Notes under the pieces: model-generated
Database searches by the model: none
Seen by the model: the letters and a program-made list of their open reading frames with translations, nothing else
Told to the model about the DNA's origin: nothing
Source of the DNA: Chiloscyllium plagiosum
Taxonomy: Eukaryota
DNA: 64,000 nucleotides
Assembly (NCBI RefSeq): GCF_004010195.1
Contig: NC_057728.1
Coordinates: 53,402,174-53,466,173, forward strand
Direction: 5' to 3'
Made by a program: the position numbers and the translations under genes
Shown: in pieces, positions 24,500-37,386 of the stretch
Position numbering within the stretch: the stretch's first letter is position 1
How the letters are laid out: every line of letters begins with the position of its first letter

Positions 24500-26950
24500 T
24501 TGCAAGATCCTCCTTACTAACATCTGGGGCTAGTGTCACAATTGGGAGAGCTGTCTCACAGGTGAATCAAGCAGCAGCCTGATTTTGTTATACTCACAGA
24601 ATAATACTTTACAGACAATATCCCAATCACCACCAGCACCACAGCTGGACATGTTCGGTCCCACTGGTAAGATGGACCCAGTACAGTTGGTGCTACAGTA
24701 CAATCAGGAGGGTGTTTCCCTCAGAATTTTCTGCAGTGACTCTAGATCACATGAAGTCTCCTGGCATCAGATTGAACATGAGCAAGGAAACTACCTGCTG
24801 ATTACAATGCACTGCCCCCCTCACCTCAGCTGACAAATCAATATTTCTTCATGTAGAACACACTTAGAAGAAGCATTGAGGGTGGCAAGAACATAGAATG
24901 TATGGGATCTTCAATTTCCATCAGTACTGGCCAAGCTGGCTAACTCCTCAAGGACAAACAGCTGGACTGGGTCTATGACAGGTGGTGAGAAAACTGACAA
25001 AGGAAGAAAGTGACTTAATCTCATCCTTACCAGTTTACCTGTCGGACTGGCCACCACACAGTCATTGCGGAGACAAGTTCCTGGTGATACTACCATCAGG
25101 CTTAATAATGTTGACATTGAGCAACTCAAAGCTTAGTACTCATGCGGTACTCAGCAGCAACACATTATATTCAACTTCAAGTTATAAACCTATGGCCTGA
25201 CATAACCTCGATTGTTGCCATTGGGCCATTGGATTAACCCTTGGTTGAATGAAGACAGCAGGATCAGCAGCAGATATACATAAAAGTGAGGCAGTAATGT
25301 GCTGAAACTGATATTGGGCTTTTGCATGACAAACAGCAGATGCAGCATGTGGCAGACAAATTAAACCATTCCATAACCAATGGATCAAAGGCCTGCTACA
25401 ATCTATTGTCAGTGGTCTGTGCAATTAATTTACGAGATGCCAAGGGTCCACGAATATCCCCATCCTCACTGATGGGGGAGCACACCACATCAGTGTAAAG
25501 GACAAAGCTGCAGCATTTGCAATAATCTTCAACCTGAAGTGCCGAGTTAATCATCCATCTCAGCCTCCTCCAGAGGTCCCCAGCATCACAGATGCCTGTC
25601 TTCAGGCAATTCAGTTTACTCATGACATGTTTGGAGGCACTGGAAACTGCAAAGGCTGAGGGCTCTGACAACATTCAAGCTGCAGTACTAGCTTTCGGTT
25701 CCAGTCCAGCCACAACACAGGTACCTGCCTGAAAATATGGAAAATTGCCCAGGTTTCTCCTGTACATAAAATATAAAACAAATCCAAAGAGATTGAAAGA
25801 GCCATTGACAGTGCTGTCAAGTGACACCTCCTCATCAATGACCTACTCAGAGTCATCATTTTTGGTTCCCTAGGTCCACTCAACTCATGACCTCATTTCA
25901 GACTTGATCAAAACATGGATAAAAGAGCTAAATTCCAGAGATAAGGTGGGAGCCCTTGACATTGAGACCATATTTGATCAAGTGTCATATCAAGGAACCT
26001 TACCAAAAATTGAGGCAATGGAAAACAGGAAAATTTCCTGTTGCTTGGAGCCATTCTGAACACAAAGGAAGACTATTGTAATTGATAGAGGTCAATCATC
26101 TTAGTTGCAGGGCATTGTTGCAGTATAGTATTCTTGGTAAAACCATCTTTAACTATTTAATCGATGACCTTCCCTCCATTGGGGGTATTCACTAACAGTT
26201 GCACGATGTTCAGCACCGTTCATAATTTCTCAGATACTGAAGCAGTCTATGTTCATATATTAGTTTTCCTTTCCTTGCACCTTCTCTGTAGCTGTAACAC
26301 TATATTCTGCATTCAGCTCTATTACCCGATGTACTTTTGTATGGTATTATTTATCTGGTTAGCACATAAAACAATACTTTCACTGTATTTTGGTACATGT
26401 GACAATAATAAAACAAGTCAAATCAAATGCAGCAAGACCTGGATAATATCCAGGATTGGGCTAAAAGGTAACAAGTAATGTTTGCACCACACAAACAGTA
26501 AGCTATGACCATCTCCAATAAAAGACTATCTAACCATCGCCTTTTGACACCATCACTAAATCCCCAACTATCAACATCCTGGAGGTTGGCATTAACTAGA
26601 ATCTGAACTGGACGAGCCTTATAATTTGATAAGGCCCCTTAGAGAGCACCTGCCAAACTTATGGCTGCTCCCAGCACAGCAGGACAGGGGCAGCAGATAC
26701 ATGTGACCACCACCAACTGCAAGTTCCCTCGAAGCCACTCACCAACCTGACTGGGAAATATATCACTGTTCCTTTAATATCACTGCACCAAAATCCTGGA
26801 ACTCCCGCCCTAAAGATTTTGTGTGTGCATCGATGGCAAACGTACTGCAGAGGTTAAAGAAGGCATCTTACCACCATCTTTTCAAGGGCTTCTCTTGGAT
26901 GGGCAATAAATGCTGGCCAGCATGCAATGCACACATCCCATGAAAGAAAA
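24500..26950 (+). mobile_element. Old family B LINE including APE-region remnants, with a Rex1-type 3' tail inserted at about 26265-26428
   Basis: Colinear with 70-2470; same 3' tail at 26900-26945; the insert ends GGTACATGTGACAATAATAAAAC..TCAAATCAAAT like the element ending at 36092. Confidence 0.75.
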
Positions 26951-27009
26951 ACATGAATGAAATTAGTAAATAACTTAATTAATTTTTAAAAAGGATATAA
27001 ATACTGTGA

Positions 27010-27120
27010 GGTTGGGACCTTGTGCTGCAGTGGTACTGTCCCTACCTGTGAGCCAGAAGGCCTAGGCTCAAGTGCCATCTGCTCCAGAAGTATGTAATAA
27101 CATCTCTGAACAGGTTGATC
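27010..27120 (+). mobile_element. Short tRNA-like SINE (related copy on the minus strand at about 41775-41875)
   Basis: CAGTGGTA..GTCCCTACC..TGAGCCAGAAGGC..AGG.TCAAGT..CTGCTCCA..CATCTCTGA shared by both loci. Confidence 0.6.
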
Positions 27121-27719
27121 AGAGAGATAGAAAAATGTTCCCAGTCTTAGGGGACTGCCTAAGAAGAAGGGTTGGGGAGTAATCTTTAGCAAATGCAAAA
27201 TATTGCAGATGCTGGAAATCTGATACCAACACAGAGAATGCTGAAACAAAAGTTTCTCTCCACTGATGTTGCTGGACTAGTTTTTAAGACTAGCTACTCT
27301 TTTCTTGCCATTAGCTTTGGTGGACAGTTGCATTCTGTACTCCAAGAGGAGAGCTGAATTGGAAGAAAGCATGAATTGCATGATCAACAGTGCTGTGTCC
27401 TTATCTCTGATTCGTTTTTCAATCCGAGTTGAAATCGTAAGATTTCAGAAATATAAGAGGATGTTCCTCAAATTTGAATCTGGAATAGCTTTATGAAGAG
27501 AAGCCAGATTACTTTTACAAGCCAAAGGTCTGTGCCAATATTATGTTAATGCACAGAAATGTCAATGCTGGGAATGTTGTATGCAACATTACAGCTTAAT
27601 TGGAAAGTAAGAGAAATGGTACTTCTGGTAAAATATGGATGGCTATGGAAATTGCCAACTTTGAAGCAGTTCAGATTCCAAAGAATGTGCTTCAGCCAGT
27701 AGTGCTGTAAAGGATCAAG

Positions 27720-27927
27720 TCACCATAATCCCACCAGACTATAGGGCTGCTCTCTCATTAGAGAGAAACAACTGGTGGTGAGGTTAACTTGAGGGTCATC
27801 ACACCTCAGGCAAGTGGCAAGCTCTAGAAGGTGAGACCTGCATAATGACATCAAGCAGTGCGGGAACTGAAACCACGGGTATTGGCATAACACTGCATCA
27901 CAAACCAGTCATCCAGCCAACTGAGCG
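27720..27927 (-). mobile_element. tRNA-derived SINE
   Basis: Minus strand begins GCTCAGTTGGCTGGATGACTGG (A-box-like) and includes GGTTTCAGTTCCCG (B-box-like). Confidence 0.5.
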
Positions 27928-29229
27928 AGCCCTTTCAAGCCACACATCCCAAATTATTATCAAAATTTTCTGTGGAAAACGAATGTTCTTCCAGTCACCT
28001 GTGATTGTTTCTCCAATTGCTTCCTCCCGAAAGGATGGCCCTTTCATGTTTCTGAGGTAGTTAGTGAACCTGCAACCAATACTGATCCTAAAAGGCTTCT
28101 GCCAGCATAAACACCATGGTCTCAAAGTTTTCCTTCTCTGACTAAATTTCAATGATTCTTAATTCAACTATGGAGGGGTTGTTTTTGTGAAAATTATGAA
28201 GGGGTTGCTAGTAATGGAAGGTCATGAAAATATAGACAGATGCAGGAGTAGGCTATTCAGCCCATTAAGCTTGCTCTGCCATTCATTGTGATCATGGCTG
28301 ATCCTTTATCTCAGTACCATACTGCTATTATGTCCCACCATTCTTAATGTCATTGGTTTCTTAAAATCTGTGTATTCAGTGTCTTGGCTTCCACAACCGC
28401 TGTTAGTAGAGAATTCCACAGGTTTACCACTCCCAGTTGAAGATATTAGTCTATAGTGGTGTACCCCTTATCCTGAGACAGTGAATTCTTGTTCTAGATT
28501 CTCTGCAGCCAGGGGAAAAGCCTCATCTTGCCATCTAGTCTGTCCAGCCCTCTCTGAACTTCATATATTTCAATGAAATCCTCTTCTCATTCTTCTAGGC
28601 TATCCCTTAAAACTTGCTGGCTGCAAGATAGTCCTGACCTGCTAATCTTGGCAGGTTTACTTTCTTAAAGGACAAGTGAATCAATCATGCTTTTACAACA
28701 AACCAACACCTTAATTGACAGCTTTTCTGGTCCCAGCTTTTTTTAAAAATTACATCAGATTCTTAGATTGGAGCTCAAGTAGCATCTCAGTTTTCATGTG
28801 AGAGTCACTATTGTCTTGACCTGGGCTCCAGTTTTTTGGGAGGTGTTGCCACCAAGTTAATGTCTGGTTAAGAGTGATGCCAAGGTATTTTGGTATTAGG
28901 TGGTGAATGAGTGGTCACTTATAGACCTGAGCTTGAAGTCATTCCCTGGTCTTTAAGGTATAAGTTCAGGTAGATGGTGGAAATTATAATGCTGACAGCA
29001 TTTGGACAAAGTCAGCATTTAGGCAAAGTTGGCACTTTTTAAAGTAATTATTTTCAGGGAATATCGATCTTCAGTGAGTGGAAGTTTTCTCAATGCCACA
29101 AAATTCTCCTGATCCTTCCCCTCTGTCATAATGGAAAAAAATAACCAATTAGAATATTATTGTACCTTCAATTATTTTTTGAACATCTAATTGGAAACCT
29201 CCAAATTTACTAAATATTCTATTCAAGCT

Positions 29230-29755
29230 TGAGACGTGGACAACATTGCCTGAGCCAGCATTCATTGCCCATCTTTAATTGTCATGAGAAGGTGATGGAG
29301 AGCTGCCTTCTTGAACCACTGCAGTCCATTTGGTGTAGAAATACCCATAATGACTTTAGGGATGGAATTTCAGATTTTGGAATCAGTGACACCTGAAGGA
29401 AAGCAATATATTTCCAAGTCAGGGAGGTGAGTGGCTTGGAGAACTTGCAGGTGGTAGTGTTTCTATGATCTGCTGCCTTTGTCCTTCGAGATGGAAGTGA
29501 TTGTGGTTTTATAAGATGCTGTCAAAGGATCTTTGGTGAATTTCTGTGGTGCATATTGTAGAAAGTATGCACTGCTGCTACTGAGCATCAGTTTTGGAAG
29601 AAGTGGACATTTGTGGATGTGATGCGAAGCCAGTAAGCTGCTTTGTCCTGAATGGTGTCAAGCTTCTTGAGTGTTGTTGAAGCTGCACTCATCCAGGCAA
29701 TAGGAGGGTATTCCATCACACTCCTGACTGGTGAACAGGCTTTTAGGGAGTCAGG
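29230..29755 (-). mobile_element. Family B LINE 3' end
   Basis: Reverse complement of 1910-2450. Confidence 0.8.
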
Positions 29756-30554
29756 AGCTCTAAACAGTGTGGCTGCTCCAAGGTTCTATACACCATAATT
29801 TACATTCATGCCAATACATTGACAGTTGGTTTCAGAAGTGGATTCTACACACAGGCCTCAGACATCCGTGCGCTGAGAAAACAAACAGAGTGACCATTGT
29901 TCAGGTAAGGACAGCAAGTTCCTTCTCTTCAAGGGCATTAGTGAATTGGGTAGGTTTTCACAACAATTGTTCAATGGCGATTGTTACAATTTTAATTCTA
30001 TATTTCGTTTAATAAATTCAAATTCCACTATCTGACACATTGGGACTTAAACCTGGTTTCCCAGATCATTACTGGGTTCTCTGGATCACTAGTCTCACAA
30101 TGATACTACTATGGCATCACTTCAGACAACCAAAAACTCATTGCTTTCTCCAGCAAATGGAAGTTCTTATGGGACAGGAAAGGTACAGAACTGGTAAATG
30201 ACCTTGAAAACCTAAAGCCATTTGGAAGAACCAATCCTGAACTCAAGAAGAGTTTGGTTTGGAAGAGCCCAAACAGTTTGACCAAACCAAGGTAAGTAGC
30301 AGTCACTGTCTATTCTTTGTTCGATCAGTTAAAACAAGCCGAAAAAATAAATGTATTATTTTTCCAAACAAACAGAACGGAACAGGGTTAATCACACTCT
30401 GTCTCTGGTTGACATGAAATGAAAGTTTTCTGATTACGATTGAGACAAGGGAAAAGGGTCAAAGACCTACTCTACTGGGCCACTGTTTCTTGACTGCGCT
30501 GAGTTTCTGAATGGGTCTGTCTTTCTTTCTTTCTGTCTCTCTCTCTCTCTCTCG

Positions 30555-33500
30555 TACAAACTGACATCATCATCCTAGGAAAAGGGCTTTCTCCGTCTAC
30601 CATATCTAATCCTCTGATCATCTTGTATGTCTTTATCAAATCCCCCCTTAGCCTTCTTCTTTCCAATAAGAACAGACCCAAGTCTCAGCCTTTTCTCTAA
30701 GACCTTCCCTCCAGACCAGGCAACATCATGGTAAACCTCCTCTGCACCTTTTCCAATGCTTCCACATCCTTCCTGTAATGGGCGACCAGAACTGTACACA
30801 GTATTCCAAGTGTGGCCGCACCAGCGTTTTGTATAGTTGTAGCATGATATTGCGGTTCGGGAACTCAATCCCTCTACCAGTGAAACTTAACACACTGTAT
30901 GCCTTCTTAACAGCACTATCCACCTGGGTGGTAACTTTCAGGGATCTATGCACATGGACTCCAAGATCCCTTTGCACATCCACACTACCAAGAATCTTTC
31001 CATTGACCCAGTACTCTGCCTTCCTGTTATTCTTCCCAAAGTGCATCACTTCACATTTAGCTGCATTGAACTCCATTTGCCACCTCTCAGCCCAATTCTA
31101 CAGTTTATCAAAGTTCCCCTGCAACCTGTAAAATTCTTCCAAATGGTCCACTACTCCACCGACTTTAGTGTCATCTGCAAATTTACTAATCCATCCACCT
31201 ATGCCTGCGTCTAAGTCATTTATAAAAATGACAAACAGCAGTGGTCCCTAAACAGATCCTTGTGGCACACCACTAGTAACTGGACTCCAGACTGAATATT
31301 TTCCATCAACCACCACTCGCTGCCTTCTTTCAGAAAGCCAGTTTCTAATCCAAACTGCTAAATCACCTCAATTCCATGCCTCTGCATTTTCTCCATCAGT
31401 CTACCATGTGGAACCTTATCAAAGGCTTTACTGAAGTCCATGTACACTACGTCAACTGCCCTACCCTCATCTACATGCTTGGTCACCTTCTTAAAAAACT
31501 GATGAGATTTATGAGACACGACCTGCCCTTGACGAAATCATGTTGACTATCTGAAATCAAATTGTTGCTTGCTAAATGATTATAATTCTTATCTCTTATA
31601 ATCCTTTCCAAAACCTTTCCTACAACAGAAGTAAGGCTTACTGGTCTATAATTACCTGGGTCATCGCTGCTGTCCTTCTTGAACAAGGGCACATTTGCAA
31701 TCCTCCAGTCCTCAGGCACTAAACCTGTAGACAATGACAACTCAAATATCAAAGCCAAAGGCTCTGCTATCTCCTCGCTAGCTTCTCAGAGAATCCTCGG
31801 ATAAATCCCACCCGGCCAGGAGACTTGTCTATTTTCACTCCTTCTAGAATAGATAACACCTGTGCGTAACTAACCTCGATCCTTTCTAGTCTAATATCTC
31901 GTACCTCATTCTTCTCCTCTACAATATTCTCCTTTTCCTGAATGAACACCGATGAGGAATGTTCATTTAGCACGTCTCCGATCTCTACAGGGTCCACACT
32001 CAACTTCCCACTTCTGTCTTTGGCTGGCCCTATTCCTACCCGAAACATCCTTTTATTCCTCACATACCTATATTCTATTTGCTAAAGACTACTTGTGTCC
32101 TCTCTTTGCTCTTCTTAACTCTCTCTTTAAATCCTTCTTAGCTAATCTGTAACTCTCCATCGCCTCTTTCCAGCATCTGCAGTCATTGTTTTTACCTCGT
32201 TGATTTTAACCCTACTGCGAATCCTCTTGCAAGGATGCCTGCCTTGAAGAAATTTTCCTCCTGATTCCTGATGAAGGGCTTTTGCCCGAAACGTCGATTT
32301 TGCCTGTCCTCGGATGCTGCCTGAATTGCTGTGCTCTTCCAGCACCACTAATCCATCGCCTCATCTGTACCATCTTGCTTCATCAACACATAAGCCTCCT
32401 TCTTCTTCTTAACAAGAGATGCAATTTCTGCAGTAAACCATGGTTCCCTTACCTTATCACTTCCTCCCTGCCTGACAGGGACATACCTATCAAGGACACG
32501 CAATATATCTGTTCCTTAAACCAGCTCCACATTTTGATTGTCTGCATCCCCTGCATTTTGCTACCCTCTTCTATGCATCCTAATTCTTCCCTAATCGCAT
32601 TATAATTGCCCTTGCCCCATCGATAACTCTTGACCTGTGGCATGTACCTATCCCTTTCCATCGCTAAACTAAACTTGACTGAATTATGGTCATTCTCTCC
32701 AAAGTGCTCACCTACAACTAAATCAAACAACTGGCCTGGTTCATTACCAAGCACCAGATCCAGGGAGGCCTCCCCTCTTGTTGGTCCTTTGACATACTGT
32801 GTCAGGAAACCCTCCTATACACATTTGACAAAAACTGATCCATCCGACGTACTAGAGTTATAGTATTTCCAGTCAATGTTGGGGAAGTTAAAGTCCCCTA
32901 TAATGACCACCCTGTTCCTTTCACTCCTACTCAGAATAATTTTGCTAATCCTCTCTTCTACCTCCCTGGAACTCTGCGGAGGCCTATAAAAAAAACTCCA
33001 AGCAGTGTGACCTCTCCCCTCCTGTTTCTAACCTAAGCCCACACTACCTCATCAAAAATTCTCTCAGCCACCGCTATACTATCTTTGACTAACAAGGCCA
33101 CGCCTCCCCCTCTTTTACCACCTTGCCTGTTTTTAATGAATGATCTAAACCCTGGAACCTGCAACATCCATTCCTCACCCCGCTTTATCCATGTCTCCGA
33201 AATGGCCACAACATCGAAGTCCCAGGTATCTATCCATGCTGCAAGCTGACCTACCTTATTTCGGATACTTCTGACGTTGAAGTAGACACACTTCAAACCA
33301 ATTTGCAGTCTGCCAGCACATTCCTGTGACCCTGAAACCCTGTCCCTGTCCTTCCTACTCTCATCCTCCTGTGCACTGCAACTACACCTCCGGTTCCCAT
33401 CCCCCTGCTGAGCTAGTTTAAACTCACCTGAATAGCACCAGCAAATTTCCTACCCAGGATATTAGTACCCTTCTGATTCAAGTGAAGACCGTCCTGTTTG

Positions 33501-34165
33501 TACAAGTCCCACCTTCCCCAGAATGAGCACCAATTATCCAAAAATCTGAAACCCTCCCTCCTGCACCATCCTTGCAGCCACATGTTCAGCTGATATCTCT
33601 CCCTCTTCCTTGCTTCGCTATTACGTGGCACGGGTAACAAACCAGAGATAACAACTCTGTTTGTTCTAGCTCTCAGCTTCCACCCTAGCTCCCTGAAATC
33701 CTGCCTTACATCCCTATCCCTCTTTCTGCCTATGTCGTTGGTACCTACATGGACAACGACTTGAGGCTGGTCACCCTCTCCATTCAGTACCCCAAAGATA
33801 CGATCCAAGACATCACGGACTCTGGCACCTGGGAGGCAACACACCAACTGCGAGTCTCATTTGCTCCCTTCTATCTGACCCTTTAATTATTGAGTCTCCA
33901 ATGACTAACACTCTCCTCCTTTCCCTCCTTCCCTTCTGTGCAACAAGGACAGGCTCTGTGCCAGAGACCTGGGCCCTACTTCTTGCCCCGGTAAGTCATC
34001 CCCCTCAACAGTATCCAGAACGGTATACATGTTTTTCAGGGGAACGACCACAGGGGATCCCTCCACTGACTGTTTTTCCCCCTTTCAAACAGTCACCAAG
34101 CTTTCTTCTTGCCTAGGAGTAACTACTTCCCTGTAACTCCTATCTATCACAGCCTCTGCCTCCCT
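30555..34165 (-). mobile_element. Near full-length CR1 LINE with SGNH-esterase ORF1 and disrupted APE-RT ORF2
   Basis: ORF1 CLPGARVRDV...VVHVGTNDIG...DGLHLN (33413-33847); ORF2 start MKCVYFNVRSIRNK...VAISETW (33296); RT NYRPVSLTSVVGK, LYKTLVRPHLEYCVQFWSP. Confidence 0.93.
32167..32351 (+). mobile_element. Penelope-like mini-insertion with permuted pLTR and intact hammerhead core
   Basis: TSD TCCATCGCCTC (32156-32166 and 32352-32362); CTGATGA-A-GGGC-TTTT-GCCC-GAAA-C-GTC at 32268-32295. Confidence 0.85.
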
Positions 34166-34334
34166 GTTACCTGCAGGGATCTACTAACCAGTCAGAGGCT
34201 TATGCCAACCTGAGGTCTGGATCACTGAGGGACACCAAGCTACATGTGAGTAAGGGAAGGGTAGGATTGGAGGAGGGGGGTATTGGGGCGAAGAGTGGAG
34301 GTGGAGGGAGGATGACAGGAAAGGTGGAGAATTG

Positions 34335-36092
34335 GCATTAAGAAGATATTAAGACAGCCAAGGACCAATACCGATCCAAACTAGAGATGGGGACAGACAC
34401 CCAGCGATTATGGCAAGGACGGAATGATATCACAGGTTCTAAAAAGAGACAGTACAAGATAGCAGACGATGACACATCCCTCCTGGATCATCTCAATGCC
34501 TTCTATGCTCGCTTTGAACAGAATTTCAGCAGAGAGGTAACACCTATTCCAAGTTTTGACGAACCTCTCCGAACAGTCACTGCATCAGAGATCAGATCAG
34601 TTTTCCTTCGTGTGAATCCAAGGAAAGCGCTGGGACCAGATGGAGTACCAGGCCGTACACTCAGAGCATGTGCAGATCAACTGGCAGAAGTCTTCTCAGA
34701 CAACTTCAACCTGTCCCTGCAGCAGCCACTGTCCTGCCTGTTTCAAGAGGGCTAACATCATCCCTGTGCCTAAGAAAGCTCATGCAGTATGTATCAATGA
34801 CTACCGCCCAGTGGCCCTAACTTCGGTGGTCATGAAGTTCTTTGAAAGGCTGATCGTGGCATTAATCAACTCCAGCCTCCCCATTACTCTTGACCCACTC
34901 CAATTTGCCTATCAGACCAACAGATCTATGTCAGATGCCATATCACTTGCCCTTCACTCCTCCCTAGAACACCTTGACACCAAGAACAGCTATGTAAGAA
35001 TCCTATTCATTGACTACAGTTCAGCCTTCAACACTATTATCCCCTTGAGACTGATTACTAAAGTTAGTGATCTCAGACTAAACCCCACTCTCTGCAACTG
35101 GATCCTCAGTTTCCTGACCCACAGGCCACAATCAGTGAAGATTGGGGACAATATTTCATCCTCACTAACACTCAACACTGGAGCCCCCCAGGGGTGTATG
35201 CATAGCCCCCTACTGTACTCACTGTATACTCATGACTACGTCACCAAATACCAGACTAATGCCATTTACAAGTTCGTTGATGACACCACCATAGTTGGCC
35301 AAATCTCAGATAGTGATGAAACAGACTACAGACATGAGGTGGAAGACCTGGAAAAATGAGAACAACCTTGCTCTCAATGCCGGCAAAACCAAGGAACTCA
35401 TTATTGACTTTCAGCGGGATGTTACTCATGCCCCCCTACACATTGACAGCACAGAGGTGGAATGAGTGGAGAGTATCAAGCTCCTGGGAGTGGTCATCTA
35501 CAACAAGCTTTCTTGGACTCTTCATGTGGACGCACCGGTTACAAAGGCACAACAACGTCTCTTCTTCCTGAGGAAGCTGAGAAAATTTGGCATGGTGGTG
35601 AATACCCTTGCCAACTTTTATAGGTGTACCATTGAGAGCATTCTGTCTGGATGTATCACTACCTGGTATGGCAACTGTACTATTCAAGATCAGAGATGGT
35701 TACTGAAAGTAGTGAACTTGGCCTGGACAATCCCAAAGCCAGTCTCTGATCTATAGAATCCATCTACCAGGCCCGCTGTCAAGGAAAGGCCGCCAGCATT
35801 CTCAAAGATCCATCTCACCCTGGCAATGTTTTTCTACAACCTCACCATCGGGGAGAAGGTACAGACGCCTGAACACACGCACCAGCTGGTTTCAAAACAG
35901 TTTCTACCCTACTGTTGTTAGAATGCTGAATGGACTCACAAACTCTTAGAATTCGCCTGTACCTGTGTTTTGGTTTTTGCTGCTTTTTTTTACCTATTAT
36001 TTACTTATCTACGCTACTTAACTCTGCGATCTGCCTGTATTGCTCGCTGTGCCTCGGTACACGTGACAATAAATTCAATTCAATTCAATTCA
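34335..36092 (+). mobile_element. Rex1/Babar-clade LINE, 5'-truncated RT
   Basis: IIPVPKK...[85 protein letters not shown]; (AATTC)n tail. Confidence 0.9.
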
Positions 36093-37249
36093 TTTGAGGG
36101 CTGGCTGTCAGCAAATCCCCTTTTCCTGATGTTGGATTCCTCAATCAGACAGTGAGAGCCATTGAACAAGATTCCTACACACCCTCCCCCTACCTCCATT
36201 GCCCCATAGAAACCCAACAATAAAGGATCAATTGCCCTTTTAAAGGCCTCAATTGGCAGGATGGTGAGAACTCATCCTTAGGTCCTCCTGTGACAGACTT
36301 TGTTTTGTCAGATATGGAAGAGGAATGGGGGTTGGGGACTCCACCCATTGATTCAATGCATTCCCTCCTGCCACCGAACGTGCTGCTTGCCATTAAAATC
36401 TGCCTTATGATTCTAATCTGTGACTTCAACATAATTTCATTCTGTATTTTAGTCCTAATTACGAGTGTTTTTTGTCCTTGTGGTGTAAAGTCTTGCAGGG
36501 CGAGCCTGCACACTTCAGTTTTATCCACAAAATAAGAAACAGACCTCACCCAAGGCTTGATTTGTTGCAGACTGTTTGACAGCTGATGTATAATTGAAAT
36601 AAGCTGGTCTAGAATTCTAAGGATCTTGTAAATGCAGAGAGGGCTCAGTTTTCTCTTTTACTGTCCCACAGAAATTGTAACATAAATTAGTATTGCATTC
36701 TACTATTTCTATTCTATTTCTCCTCTCCTTTCGAGCTTTGAACCAAATCCTTTCTTTCTCAACAACTGAACGTAACTTGGCTCCTGGCCACATTTTGTTA
36801 TGGGTTCAAGGATCTGCTTTACTGAGGACTGGGCGATGTTTAATGCTATTTACGATGCTGTTCTTTCGCAACAGTTTCTCTCAAGAAATAAGAACACATG
36901 GAAAGTATTCCCTTAGTGAAGCGTTAAATAACATTCTCCAAAGACTTACGTACTTTGAAGTCGTTCTGAAGTTATTGGCAAACCCTGTTCATTTTTGTTG
37001 TACACTTACCAAAAACATAATTGAATCAAAATGGGCAGTTTGTGGAGATTGATACCACAATATGCAAATTATAGTGAAAAAAAACCTTCTTTTCCCAATG
37101 TCTTATCTGTACTGTAACTGTAACCATCATGCCTCATTTGGTTAATGGGCTCTATTTCCAGTGTTACTTAACACTAGCAGAGCTCAGACCCAGAGTGATG
37201 ACATAGCAGCTTTATAGTTGAGGGGTGTCCACCTCTCCCACTGTTGTTG

Positions 37250-37386
37250 TCAGCGCTGTGCCACAGAAGTCTGGCAGCCTCCTCTTTCTCCAGAGACTAG
37301 TATACAGCACTTAATATTTGATTCTTGCCCTCATTTTCTCTGTTGCTCATTCTTTGGAATTAAGAAACAAAAGACTTCAAGCAAAG
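37250..37386 (+). other. lum: Probable non-coding exon 1 (5'UTR) of the lumican-like gene; start approximate
   Basis: Donor AAG|GTAGGC at 37386/37387 in a repeat-poor block; class II SLRP genes have a non-coding exon 1; motifs CAGAAGTCTGGCAGCC, ACAGCA, GATTCTTG and GAATTAA resemble my recollection of the mammalian LUM 5'UTR (not verified). Confidence 0.55.
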
